Shown here: positions 1 through 9,805 of the stretch, piece by piece
Numbering within the stretch: position 1 is the first letter of the stretch
Layout: every line of letters begins with the position of its first letter
Source: Nemertoderma westbladi
Taxonomy: Eukaryota; Animalia; Xenacoelomorpha
NCBI GenBank assembly: GCA_032718475.1
Contig: JAUCBJ010005425.1
Location: 1 to 43,009, forward strand
Reading direction: 5' to 3'
Length of the DNA: 43,009 nucleotides
The notes under the pieces: model-generated
Told to the model about the DNA's origin: nothing
Seen by the model: the letters and a program-made list of their open reading frames with translations, nothing else
Database searches by the model: none
Program-made: the position numbers and the translations under genes

Positions 1-199
1 GAAGTGAGGATAATAGAAGAGTCGTTGCTAGGAGCAACCGGAGAGCGAGGACGGATAGCGAGCCGTCGATAGTAGAGATGGGGTTAGGGAGTCAGTGGGG
101 TCGAACTTCGGGAGATTGCCGTCGCCCCGGAGAAACGCACCGCACGCCAGGAGAGCGGTACAGGATGTACCGATACGAAGGCGAGAGCAGGATAGGGGA

Positions 200-1730
200 T
201 CGAAGAGAAACTTCCCGACGGGATATAGCTGCCGACCGAGAGTACGGTAGTCGCGGGAAGATTCGAGATTCGCGAAGAATAAACTTCGGTTCGGAAGGGC
301 ACATGCAGACTGAGGACATACTGTAGGCCTTACTGCACATACTATTATAGGCCATGCTGGGAGAGATAGAGTAGGCAATAGGGTAGCGCGGACGACGGGA
401 TTAAACCCGGAAGTCGCGGAGTACATACCGGTAGGTAGGCGAGAAGTAGATAGGCCTATATCGGTACCGGCACAGCAGCATGACTATAATACACAGGGAC
501 ATAACATATATCCAGGGGAGGGGAGAGTTATTGTAGATAGATGTATGGGCCCCAATATATTAACATCAACCCCAGTACCAAACATACCGGTGGGGGGGGG
601 ACAGGGTGACATTCCCCCATTACAATATCAACAATATACTCGAACAGCAACGAGAACACCGAACCCCCTGGACGAGAACAGGTCGTGCGACACGGAAATA
701 TGGAGGGGGCCGTTAACCCCAATGATATATCCGACGCAAAGGTCAACAGATAGGACGAACGGACCGCACCCAACGGCAGAATCTGTACACCATCCATCGA
801 ACCCATTGGAAGCACAGGCGATGGGAATGGCGATGCTAATCGATGCATTAAAGACCAGGATCGAGTTACCATCAGTCGAGCCATTTAAACTCGATGGAAG
901 TAGGCCGGAAGAATATCTGTAGTTTCGGCGCATGTACAGTAACGAGATATTAAGTAAGAACTTGACGCGGGCGGAGTGCCTAAAATATCTACAGGTGTAT
1001 ACGGGAGGCCCAGCATACGACATTGTGAGGCAGTACCAGGGCATCGAGGGCGGCTTCACGACAGCATGGCGGGCGCTAGACAGGGAATACGGACACCCAG
1101 CCAAGATCATCTGGCAAACCCTGAGAGGTATAACATCGGGTGGCCTACAGGACAACCCCGTTAGCATAAAGACCTTTGCAAACAAGGTCGAGAAGGCGTT
1201 AATCGTGTTAAAGACGCTAGACGCGCCATACGAACTCAACGCATCTAATAACATCACCACGATAGCGCAGGCACTGCCAATCTGGCTGCGGAGCAAGTGG
1301 AGGAAGATTGCCTTCTCCACTCGAGAGAAGAAAGGTGCGGAGCCGGGGCTGGAGGAAATGTCAAACTTCCTCAACTACGAAGCCGAGTTGATAACAGACC
1401 CAGTCTATAGTGAGGATAGTTTGGGGAAGGCGCCAAAGACCGAATACAACGGGCCTGGACCCGAACATAATCCGACAGATCCATTCTCGAGAGTAAGACA
1501 GTCGCTACCACACGCGGCCACACAGGGGGCTACAAGCCCACAGTTAGCTGGGAGTAGGGCCACACCGTGGCAGGGACAGAAAGAAAATAACACCATAAAT
1601 AAAATAATCCCAACATACCCAGTAGGCCGAGTACAGACAACCAAAACACTAAATCGGTAGATATAAACCTACGCGCGATACGTGAAGGACTATATAGGGA
1701 ACGCTATAATCCAGGATTCGAATGTCAATT
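200..1730 (+). pseudogene. BEL/Pao gag remnant (DUF1759-like capsid region), interrupted by stops
   Basis: ORF pieces 545-922 and 932-1660 are in frame across one TAG (EEYL*FRRM); motifs LPSVEPFKLDGS and AWRALDREYGHP are typical of BEL gag; the zinc-knuckle region present in the other copy (CHRCVIGGHKVEEC) is deleted here. Confidence 0.82.
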
Positions 1731-2476
1731 ACATCGGAGTCAAACAATATACATTCCTGGACGGTATCGATTTCTCAATACCAGAGGTGGACGTTAGGAA
1801 GGTATCCATCATAGTAGGAATGGACTGCCCGACGGCCCACGAGAGAACACAGACGGTCTTCGGCGAAGACAGGCAGCGGGACCCGACGGCGATCCTCACG
1901 CCGTTCAGATGGACGCTTAGCGGCCCAGTTAAAACCAAGATTCCATCCAGGGTGACGGAGACATCAGGGTGCATGTTACCAGGCACTGTAGACACGGAGG
2001 TCGAAGAGGAGAAACAGGAGATAGTAGAGCCAGACAGGGAAGAAACAGTAAGAGAGTGGGCGGAGGAGAATGGATTTCCCAGCAAGTATCGGTATGGAGA
2101 TGGAGAGGAGCGGACGGCGAGATGTCCGGAGGAGTGTCCGGTGGAGTGTCAGGAGGAAAATAGTCCAGAGCAGTGTCTAGAGGAGTGTCCAGAGGAGTGT
2201 CCGGAAGAGATGCCGGTCCGGTTGAGAGGCATACCAACAAGGGCGAGCTCGAGTAGGAAGACAGGATGGAAAGGGATAGGACTATTGTTGTACCTTCTGT
2301 TTTGCCTGTTCTTTCACTTTCTATTCATTCTGCCGCCGGGAGATAACAAGGTGGGAGGTGGCATTTTGATGCCAGGAGACGAGAAAGTTAAGAAGGCGGC
2401 GGAGAGACCCGATTTCAGGGTGGCAGAAGAGAGAGAACCAATTCCTGGTGAGTTGGAATTGATGGAGAGAGTGTAG
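1682..2476 (+). CDS. Chimeric ORF: protease C-terminal part/linker + acidic Cys-Pro-Glu repeat + hydrophobic helix + degenerate integrase C-terminal domain
   Basis: 264-codon open frame; N-part matches the start of ORF 14921-16303; CPEE repeats; 20-residue hydrophobic run GIGLLLYLLFCLFFHFLFIL at 2273-2332. True start codon and expression unknown. Confidence 0.5.
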   Translation: MKDYIGNAIIQDSNVNYIGVKQYTFLDGIDFSIPEVDVRKVSIIVGMDCPTAHERTQTVFGEDRQRDPTAILTPFRWTLSGPVKTKIPSRVTETSGCMLPGTVDTEVEEEKQEIVEPDREETVREWAEENGFPSKYRYGDGEERTARCPEECPVECQEENSPEQCLEECPEECPEEMPVRLRGIPTRASSSRKTGWKGIGLLLYLLFCLFFHFLFILPPGDNKVGGGILMPGDEKVKKAAERPDFRVAEEREPIPGELELMERV

Positions 2477-2769
2477 CGAAGAATAAGAGGACGTATAAAG
2501 GAGGCAGTGGGAGAGTGCCTACTGGAAAAAGGGGCACTTCAGAGTTAAGTCGTCCAATGTGTTGGACTGAGGGGGGTGGGAATGAGGGCGAGACGCCCTT
2601 CCCACTCGAATAAGAATAAAATAATTATTTAAATAAAAATAATTAAATAATTAAATAATAAAATAATAAAATAGAAGTAGAAGGTAGAGAGTAAGTAGTT
2701 AGAAGATAGTTAGGTTAGAAGTCGGCGGGTAACGGAGTGTGGCATATTGTCATGCCACGAGTAGTAGTA

Positions 2770-3050
2770 GGTGGTTGTGGGCACCGGAATCGCCACGTAG
2801 AAGTAGTAGCAGAGAGAGGTTGTGGGCACCGGAAGCGCCACGTAGATGGAGGTAGTAGCAGAGGGGTTGTGGGCACCCTAAGCGCCACGTAGTTAGAAGA
2901 GTTGGCAAGAGTAGCAGAAGGGTTGTGGGCACTCTAAGCACCACGTAGTTAGCGGAGTAGAGGTAGTAGAGTTAGAGGAAGTAGAGGTAGTATCAGAGTA
3001 GGTGGAAGTAGTAAGAGAGTGGTTGTGAGCACCGCAAGCGCCACGAAGAT
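2770..3050 (+). repeat. Five copies of a ~28-bp unit GGTTGTGGGCACCGGAAGCGCCACGTAG separated by purine-rich low-complexity spacers
   Basis: Directly visible at about 2773, 2818, 2865, 2921 and 3021. Confidence 0.9.
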
Positions 3051-3547
3051 AGAGGTGGTAGCAGAGTTAGAGGTAGCAGTAGAGATAGAGTTAGTAGAGA
3101 GTTAGAGAGTTCTAGTTATTAGAGTTAGTAGAAAGTTAGAGGTTTTTAGTTAGAGCTAGAAGTAGTAAGAGTTAGTAGACTTAGTAGAGTTAGGAGTTAG
3201 AGACTTAGAAGAGTTAGTAGGAGTTAGACTTAGTAGAGCTAGTTAGAGTCGGAGAGTTAGTAGAGAGTAAGATAGTTAGATAGTTAGCAATTTAGATAAG
3301 GTAGATAGTATGATAGCACAGGGGTAGTATTAGAGATTGGGGCCTTAGGGAGTGGCAGAGAGTAGAGAGGAGTATGGAGAGGTGCTGCTGGCGAGAAAGA
3401 GTGCAGGAGAGTGCGATTCAGGTGTGGGGAGAGAGTAAGAGCGGAGTTCGAGTGGAGGAGTTAGAGCGGAGTTAGAGTGGTGAGAGTGTTGGGGAAACAA
3501 AAGTTGTATGAAAGAAGCGCACGATCGGCCCGACACGAGACGCCAGA

Positions 3548-3820
3548 GGGTAGTGACATCATACCCATAGGGAGCGGCCTGGAAAGCCGACTCCAAGAAA
3601 AAAAAATAACTCCACCCCACACCCGATAGTAGATCGAGTTTCCAGCGGAATTTAAGCGCACTTGAGGTTGATGCTATCTTCTCACCGGGAAGATAGCATG
3701 GGGAGAGTGTGAGCATATTCAATTCCGCCACATCAACCCCTATAAAGTGGGAAAGAGCGCCCTAAGCAATATTGGGAACACGAGGTTGATTGCCAATATC
3801 AACCTCGTGTCACCCCAATA
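3548..3820 (+). ncRNA. Conserved structured RNA element (multiple hairpins, possible pseudoknot) in the BEL 3' region
   Basis: Stems conserved with compensatory changes against the homolog at 10852-11122 (-); see findings. Confidence 0.6.
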
Positions 3821-3952
3821 AAATGGGAAGGAGAAACCCCAGAGAACATACACACAATGGGGGTCAGAGGTTAACCTCCAAGAGAAGGAGAGAATGACAG
3901 CAGCATGGGGAGAACACTCCCAGGGAGGTGAGGGTGAGAAGTGAGTTATTAG

Positions 3953-4050
3953 CCAATGGGGGGAAGGCATCAACTGAGTGACGTAACGCGGCCAACCGTG
4001 CAATATATATTACCAGTAACCGTGTAATTCATTCACTTGTAGTAAGTCAG
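3953..4050 (+). promoter_or_regulatory. Putative LTR promoter (CCAAT box, TATA-like TATATAT, Inr-like TCATT/TCAGT)
   Basis: CCAAT at 3953, TATATAT at 4004, TCATT about 25 bp downstream; TTATTAGCCAAT is conserved in the second element (ATTGG at 10708). Confidence 0.45.
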
Positions 4051-4929
4051 TACCGGAACTCTAATCACCATCTCCGTCTACTGTCAGTAATATATCATCA
4101 TTTACCAGTAACTTTGCTTTCAATAACATTCACTTCAGTAATTGCTATATTGTACTATTATACCCTTGAAACTATATACACCGATCAATCAATAACTCTT
4201 TCCATCTTTTCACATACACACGGCGGGGACGCGTAGACTAGAAACCGGATAAACCGGGATCCTCGGTGGATCCCGTCACAATTGTGAAAATCTAATGATT
4301 TTTAATGCTAATGCTAATGATTTAAGGCTTTTTTATAATGAGTATAAGTAGGTTATCGGTGAAAGTAATGTACAAATGCACACATGTCCAACCAGATACT
4401 ATATAACATTGGATGTGTCTCAATGATTCCCCCAAGTTTGACTCTAGAACAAATCATCCTCCGCTTTGTATGACATTGTTTTCGCCGTGAGGACAGCCTG
4501 TGCACAATCGAGTGCTTTGGCAGCCCCATGGAGAAAATAAGTGTGGTGGACATCAGCCCATGACTTTAGTGAGACGCCTCCTAAAGGATACTGGCCTTGA
4601 AGATGCGGATTATCTCGCGAAAGGCATATGGGTGATAGGGAGTCGTGGCGGAGCAACTTTGTTGAGTTTTTATAAGCAGACATAACAGTAACATTCTTAA
4701 TGCACGCTGCATTAGGGTTGTCAATTGTGGATTGCATGGTGGAAAATGATTTTGTTAAGCCGGCATAGCATCTCAATGTTCAGTTTCAATGCAGCAGGTC
4801 GATTATACAGGAGTACTGTAGTATATATGTAGTAGGTGAATGTAACCTGCTCTTTTCCCTTAATGTTTATAACGGTTATGTCGGTTGTCTGATGTCGGCT
4901 GTCGACGTAGCTTTTACACCAAGTAAAGG

Positions 4930-5280
4930 TGGTCGGTATATCTCTGAATCGCATTGGTATAGCTTAGAATAGGTCGGTAAATAATAGGCCGGTGTTAGCT
5001 CGGTATAGGCTGATAGGTCGGTGTAGGCCGGTGTTAGCTCGGTATAGGTCGGTGTAGCTCTGAATTGCATTGTTATAGCTTGGTATAGGACGGTATAACT
5101 CTGTATTGTATTGTTATAGCTCAGTATGCAGTATCGGTCGCTATACCTTTTTAAGAGTCATTTTATAGGTTGGTACTGTATAACTTTGGTATAGATCGGT
5201 AGGTATAAACTGTAGTTCGGTAGTAGATCTGTATAGTTCGGTATAAATCGGTATAGCTCGGTATAGGTCGGTAAACCTTT
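4930..5280. repeat. Degenerate 10-bp tandem repeat (GGTATAGGTC / GGTATAGCTC)
   Basis: Repeated gtataggtcg / gtatagctcg / gtgtaggccg units. Confidence 0.75.
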
Positions 5281-5661
5281 TAGTATAGTAGGTACCGCTC
5301 CAGATATACAGTACTATAGTAACTGTACTACAGCACAACATGTACAGTAGTTGTGTTGTAGTGTGTTGGAAATTTATGTAGCTGAAATATTGCTAGGCAA
5401 CGTTATCAACTGGGTTCTTACTCTGCTGCATTGTTTGTAATGGTTGCGATTTCGTAATTTATTGGCCTATTACTGTATTACAATATTGCCGGTAGCGGTA
5501 CCGCGGTAGGCCTACACTACAATAGTTAAGCAGTCAAGGATGCCAAGGTGTCTCTATACTGCTATGGCTATGCCCATAAAGTATTCTGATATTCCGGGTA
5601 GGGTACCGGTACTGTATTACCTATTACGGGATTGATTACGCCTATTGTATTTACCTGTTAC

Positions 5662-5927
5662 CAAGGACTACTATACTACAGGACTGCATGACTATGACTG
5701 GCACACCCCTTCATCCGACTTCGCTAGCGAAGTCCATTGGTTTGGTATTGCTTTATACTGTTATAGCTTATAGACATTGTTACCAAAGGATTTTCATGAA
5801 ATTTAGTACACACTCGTAATTATTAATAACATATATATTTTGATGTTAAGAAATAAAGAACGAGTGCAGCGAGGCTTTTAACAAAGGGGACGAGTGTTGT
5901 ATACTAGACGTAGTATAGTAGTCCTTG
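5662..5927. mobile_element. 266-bp MITE, hAT- or P-like
   Basis: Perfect 18-bp TIR CAAGGACTACTATACTAC (5662-5679; reverse complement at 5910-5927) flanked by an 8-bp direct repeat CCTGTTAC (5654-5661, 5928-5935); internal 18-bp palindrome at 5717-5734. Confidence 0.85.
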
Positions 5928-6026
5928 CCTGTTACTTGATTAGGCCTACCTGCCTACAGGATTACTGTATTCAAATTAGCAGTACCAGTAAGAATACCAT
6001 TACTGTATTACCTGTCGGTAATAGTC

Positions 6027-6047
6027 TACTAACTTTTAATTTAACAG
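6027..6047 (+). promoter_or_regulatory. Branch point and 3' splice acceptor in the 5' UTR of macroH2A
   Basis: TACTAAC followed by TTTTAATTTAACAG, ending 18 nt before the ATG; donor not identified (could be cis- or trans-splicing). Confidence 0.55.
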
Positions 6048-6065
6048 CTTAAACAATACTGCAAT

Positions 6066-7172
6066 ATGTCCACCACTAAAGCACCTGTCACTAAATCCAA
6101 GAAGAGGGCGCCCCACCCGGTCTCCGGTCGCTTATCCCGCTCCTCTCGCGCTGGTGTTTACTTTCCAGTCTCCAGGGTAATGCGTTATCTGCGGCAGTCT
6201 TTTGGACGCAGGGTCCGTATTAGCGCTGGCACACCGGTATACCTCGCCGCTGTTCTAGAATACGTTTCCGCCGAGGTCCTGGAATTGGCTGGGAACGCAG
6301 CGAAGGCCAACAAACGCTGGCGGATAACTCCGCGACACATCCTACTAGCGGTAGCGAACGATGTTGAATTGCACGAAATGTTACGCGACGTTACCATACC
6401 GCAAGGTGGCGTTCTACCCCGCATAGCCCCCGAGTTATTATTAACAAAAAAAAGATTACCAGTTAATAAACAAAAAAATATTTCCGCGATACCGGTAGCA
6501 GTTAATAAAAAAGCGACTAAAAAAAGCATTTCAATAAAAAAACCTATTGCTGCTAAGAAAACAGTTGCTGGTGCGACTAGATTAGGACCTTCTAGAACAC
6601 CGTTTACAGTACTAGGAGAACGTACCCTAGGCAATGGGCAACGACTAATGGTAGTCCAGGGCGACATAACAGATGTTGTCTGCGACGCTATTGTCCACCC
6701 GTCTAGCTCTTCCCTTAGTCTAGGCGGACAGGTAGGCTGTCGGTTATCAACGGTAGGTGGCGCTGCTTTCCACAAGGGTCTGGATGAGGCGCGGGGGCAG
6801 CTGCGTGGTGGCTCGTTGCCTAGTAACGGGGCGGTTATCTCCCCGGGTTGTAACTTCGGCGCCGGTCACGTGATCCACGCCAACGGGCCCGGGAGTTGGT
6901 CTCAGGCGGCGGGCGGCGCGCTGACCGCCACCGTGGCTAGTTGTCTCGCTGTGGCCGTGGGGAACGGGTTGACTAGCATTGCGTTCCCGTGTATCGGGGC
7001 GGGGAACGCCGGGTTCCCCAAACAGGAAGCGGCTCAGGTAATCCTGAGGAGTTTGAGCGAGTACTTTAAATCGGAAAAAACTCCAGGTTGCCTCCGTAGT
7101 ATTTACTTTGTTCTTTACGACCAAGAAACCATCGATATATATATTACTGAGCTGAGAAGATTGATGGATTAA
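6066..7172 (+). CDS. macroH2A: Histone variant macroH2A (H2A fold, Lys-rich linker, macrodomain), 368 aa, uninterrupted coding sequence
   Basis: H2A motifs [45 protein letters not shown]; macrodomain motifs [35 protein letters not shown]; AATAAA at 7263. Confidence 0.97.
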   Translation: MSTTKAPVTKSKKRAPHPVSGRLSRSSRAGVYFPVSRVMRYLRQSFGRRVRISAGTPVYLAAVLEYVSAEVLELAGNAAKANKRWRITPRHILLAVANDVELHEMLRDVTIPQGGVLPRIAPELLLTKKRLPVNKQKNISAIPVAVNKKATKKSISIKKPIAAKKTVAGATRLGPSRTPFTVLGERTLGNGQRLMVVQGDITDVVCDAIVHPSSSSLSLGGQVGCRLSTVGGAAFHKGLDEARGQLRGGSLPSNGAVISPGCNFGAGHVIHANGPGSWSQAAGGALTATVASCLAVAVGNGLTSIAFPCIGAGNAGFPKQEAAQVILRSLSEYFKSEKTPGCLRSIYFVLYDQETIDIYITELRRLMD

Positions 7173-7605
7173 TTAACTCTAATCGTCACTATAAATAGTT
7201 TAACTATTAATTGAATTTCTCTATTAGAACTTCAAAGAAACTAAATTGTTAGTGTATAGTACAATAAATACAAAATACGAAAAAGTATATTTAATTAATA
7301 ATTATTCAAATTTTAAATGTGGGTAATTATCCTATCTCCTCTCCTCCTAAAATGTTGTAAATGTTATTTGACCCTCAGCTGTTTACCACCTGTAGGTACG
7401 GATTTACTATCGCGTTGTTTGTTGGTTCTATAGATAACATGATATTTTGAGTAACTCATCTGCTCGAATTAGGAGCCTGGCGTTTTATTTTACATATTTT
7501 TTCATAATATTCCTAATTTTATACTTCGAGGGGATACAATTTGAATCTAGAATCCAATATGGTAATGGCATTTGAAAGAATAATTACTTATTTCCCTGTT
7601 TGGCC

Positions 7606-8240
7606 TACATGGGAAAAAGTAGAACTTTTTTCACTATTCTCGAGGCATTTTATTTACCGAACGTAGGCGAGGTTAATAAAGGGTCGAGAGAATATTGAAA
7701 AAAAATGTTCTACTTTTTTTTCCCATATAATGCGTAATTTTATTCTTAAATTGGTACTTTTTGTTGCTCAATTCTTTAATAAAATATAGAACGATATTAG
7801 TGTTGCAAAATTAATTGAACTGTAGTATTTTACTATATTGCTTCCATAGTTACTGCGATTCTAATTATTGTACTCTTCAACTCCTAATGCTGCCTCACTC
7901 AATGTTAAATAATTTAGTGTTCTCGAATATTTATTACGTAACTAGAGAGCCGCTTAACACCAACGAGTTCCTTTTTGGAGTTCGCCTTGTAGACGATAAA
8001 GTTGCAATAACTATTGAGTGTGCGAATGGATTTTGCTCAAATTACTTGCAAACCTTTTCTACGTCGTTGCTCTTTCAACACGTTTCATGTAATAATATTT
8101 AAAAAATTCTATCAAAAATATTTACTTTTTCGCCGGGAAAAAAAGTAAAATCAATGCAATATTGTGGATTACTTATGGTACTTCTTTATCTCCCGATCTT
8201 GGGGATATTCGATCGAAAATGTAACAATTTAAGAATAAAA
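7606..8240. mobile_element. Non-autonomous element with a long imperfect terminal hairpin and a second inverted repeat
   Basis: 7606-7730 folds back on itself (ATGGGAAAAAGTAGAAC ... GTTCTACTTTTTTTTCCCAT); TTTATTCTTAAATTG near 7738 has its reverse complement near 8225; an inverted second copy of the hairpin arm lies at about 34305-34391. Confidence 0.55.
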
Positions 8241-8559
8241 ATATTTTCGTTTCAGTTGAGAGGTAAATTTTAATTTCATATCTTCTATTATTTTTATCTT
8301 AATTTATTTTTTAATTGTTTACTGTAATCTATAAATTTGCTTTGTTTGTGCTTAGTGTGTGTGTACATGTATTATAGTAAAGGCATATTGCACCGTGCTA
8401 TTATAGTAAGTAGACAATACGCAATTATGTGATAGATTTATTAGTTTAGATAGTTTAGATTTAAATTTATATATATTTAATTAAATTTATATATATTTAA
8501 CTTCGTATCAATAATATTGTTTATTTATTAAATAATTAATGATTTTTAAGGGAGGGGGT

Positions 8560-9470
8560 GGGGGGTAAACCATTTTTTTCCCAAATATTGCGAAATTGTG
8601 TTTATGATACAGAAAGTACTGTATTAAAAAGAGCAGATTTCAACGCAATGGACGGAGCAATTGTTAAATTTACGAATGAGTATATTGGCACGGCCGTAAA
8701 ACTAACTTCCTTAGTTGAGCAGCCGTGTCGGCGTCATAAAAATTTGAAGTCAATATATGACCTAAGTATTCAAAATAATCTACTATTTACTTTATCGTAT
8801 AAGAGTATAGTAAGAGGTTTAAAAAACGGCCTCAACTTACTATAAATTAAGAGACACTTGGACTTCTTAGTATTAAACAACAGATATTGGTTAATGATTG
8901 CAAGGCACATGGATTAGAAGCAATGAGGCAAATGTCATCAGCGTAAAATATATGATTGATACTAATATTAAGTAAAGCACAACCAATGTTAGATGCAGGA
9001 AGATCTGAACTTAATTTGTCAATAAAAATATTAAAAAAGCGAGGGGCGAATACACTGCCATGCCTAACCCCATTGGTACAACATAAAGTTATAGAATACA
9101 AACCATTCCAAAAGACTTACAAAAGGCTGATGGGTACGGTATACCAGTACACCAATATTCGTAAAATAAAAATAGGTAATTTTTTTGCGTTCAAATAAAC
9201 GTCGAAATAAAAGACCATGATCAAATTTATCATAAGCATTAGATGCGTCTAAAAAGCATAAAAATATAATAGAACCATGTTTACGATAATAATTAATTAA
9301 TTCCTTTAAAGTATAAATACAGGTTTCAGTCCCTAAGGACTTTTTAACCGAATTGATTGTCAGTGGCCAATACGATAAATAGTTAAAAATTCATATAATT
9401 TACTGAGAACATTAGCAGTGGCAATAGGTCTGTAATTAATTGGATTTGTCCGTCACGTCGCCGGACTTAT
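8560..9470 (-). pseudogene. Decayed LINE (non-LTR) reverse transcriptase fragment
   Basis: NYRPIA, FLCFLDAS, GVRHGSVFAPRFFNIFID and HIFYADDICL in shifting frames. Confidence 0.88.
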
Positions 9471-9805
9471 TCATACTGGAACTAAAGGTAAAATATTGGA
9501 TAAAGAAACGCAATCGGAATATGTAAAACCATCAACATTACAACTAGTAAAAAATAGAGACAGGTACCAGTACTATCAGAAGTCTATCAGATGAAAATAA
9601 AATATGCTCCGCCGTTAAACCATCTGGGCCATAAGACTCATTCAATTTCTCATGCACCAAAGCCAGACGAAGTTCATCCATGTATGGAGAACTTCCTATC
9701 GCTGGAATATGCAATGTCAGAGAATGCCAAAATAGACCACCAAAATAGAATACTGTACATGAACGTGCAGAATCATGGAGGAGATCAACCTCATCGTTCC
9801 AGCCC

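Larger units (their letters stand above)
1..4280 (+). mobile_element. Non-autonomous BEL/Pao LTR retrotransposon derivative (5' end outside window): decayed gag, partial protease region, remodelled integrase tail, 3' LTR
   Basis: Colinear, inverted homology to the element at 10372-19540 over gag (e.g. MSNFLNYEAELITDPVYSEDSLGKAP in both), the protease-RT linker (RKVSIIVGMDCPTAH), the end of pol and the 3' non-coding region; ends ...GGATCCCGTCACA at 4280; no RT, RNase H or integrase core. Confidence 0.88.
2583..4280 (+). repeat. Putative long 3' LTR (or 3' UTR plus LTR) of the plus-strand BEL element
   Basis: Follows a purine-rich PPT-like GAGGGGGGTGGGAA just after the pol end, starts TG (2583), ends ACA (4280); homologous to 10372-12661 inverted. 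The start cannot be confirmed because no 5' LTR is in the window. Confidence 0.6.

Noticed and set aside
628-1374. Long antisense ORFs over gag, pol, macroH2A and STIP1 (e.g. 628-1374, 6185-6775, 12843-13400, 15747-16403)
   Set aside because: Shadows of sense-strand coding sequence with no recognisable motifs.
2770-3050. Repeat-spacer pattern resembling a CRISPR array
   Set aside because: Spacers are related low-complexity A/G-rich sequence of uneven length, the context is a eukaryotic retroelement, and there are no cas genes.
4340-4780. Possible coding remnant (110-aa ORF on minus strand)
   Set aside because: No recognisable motif; cannot be supported without a search.
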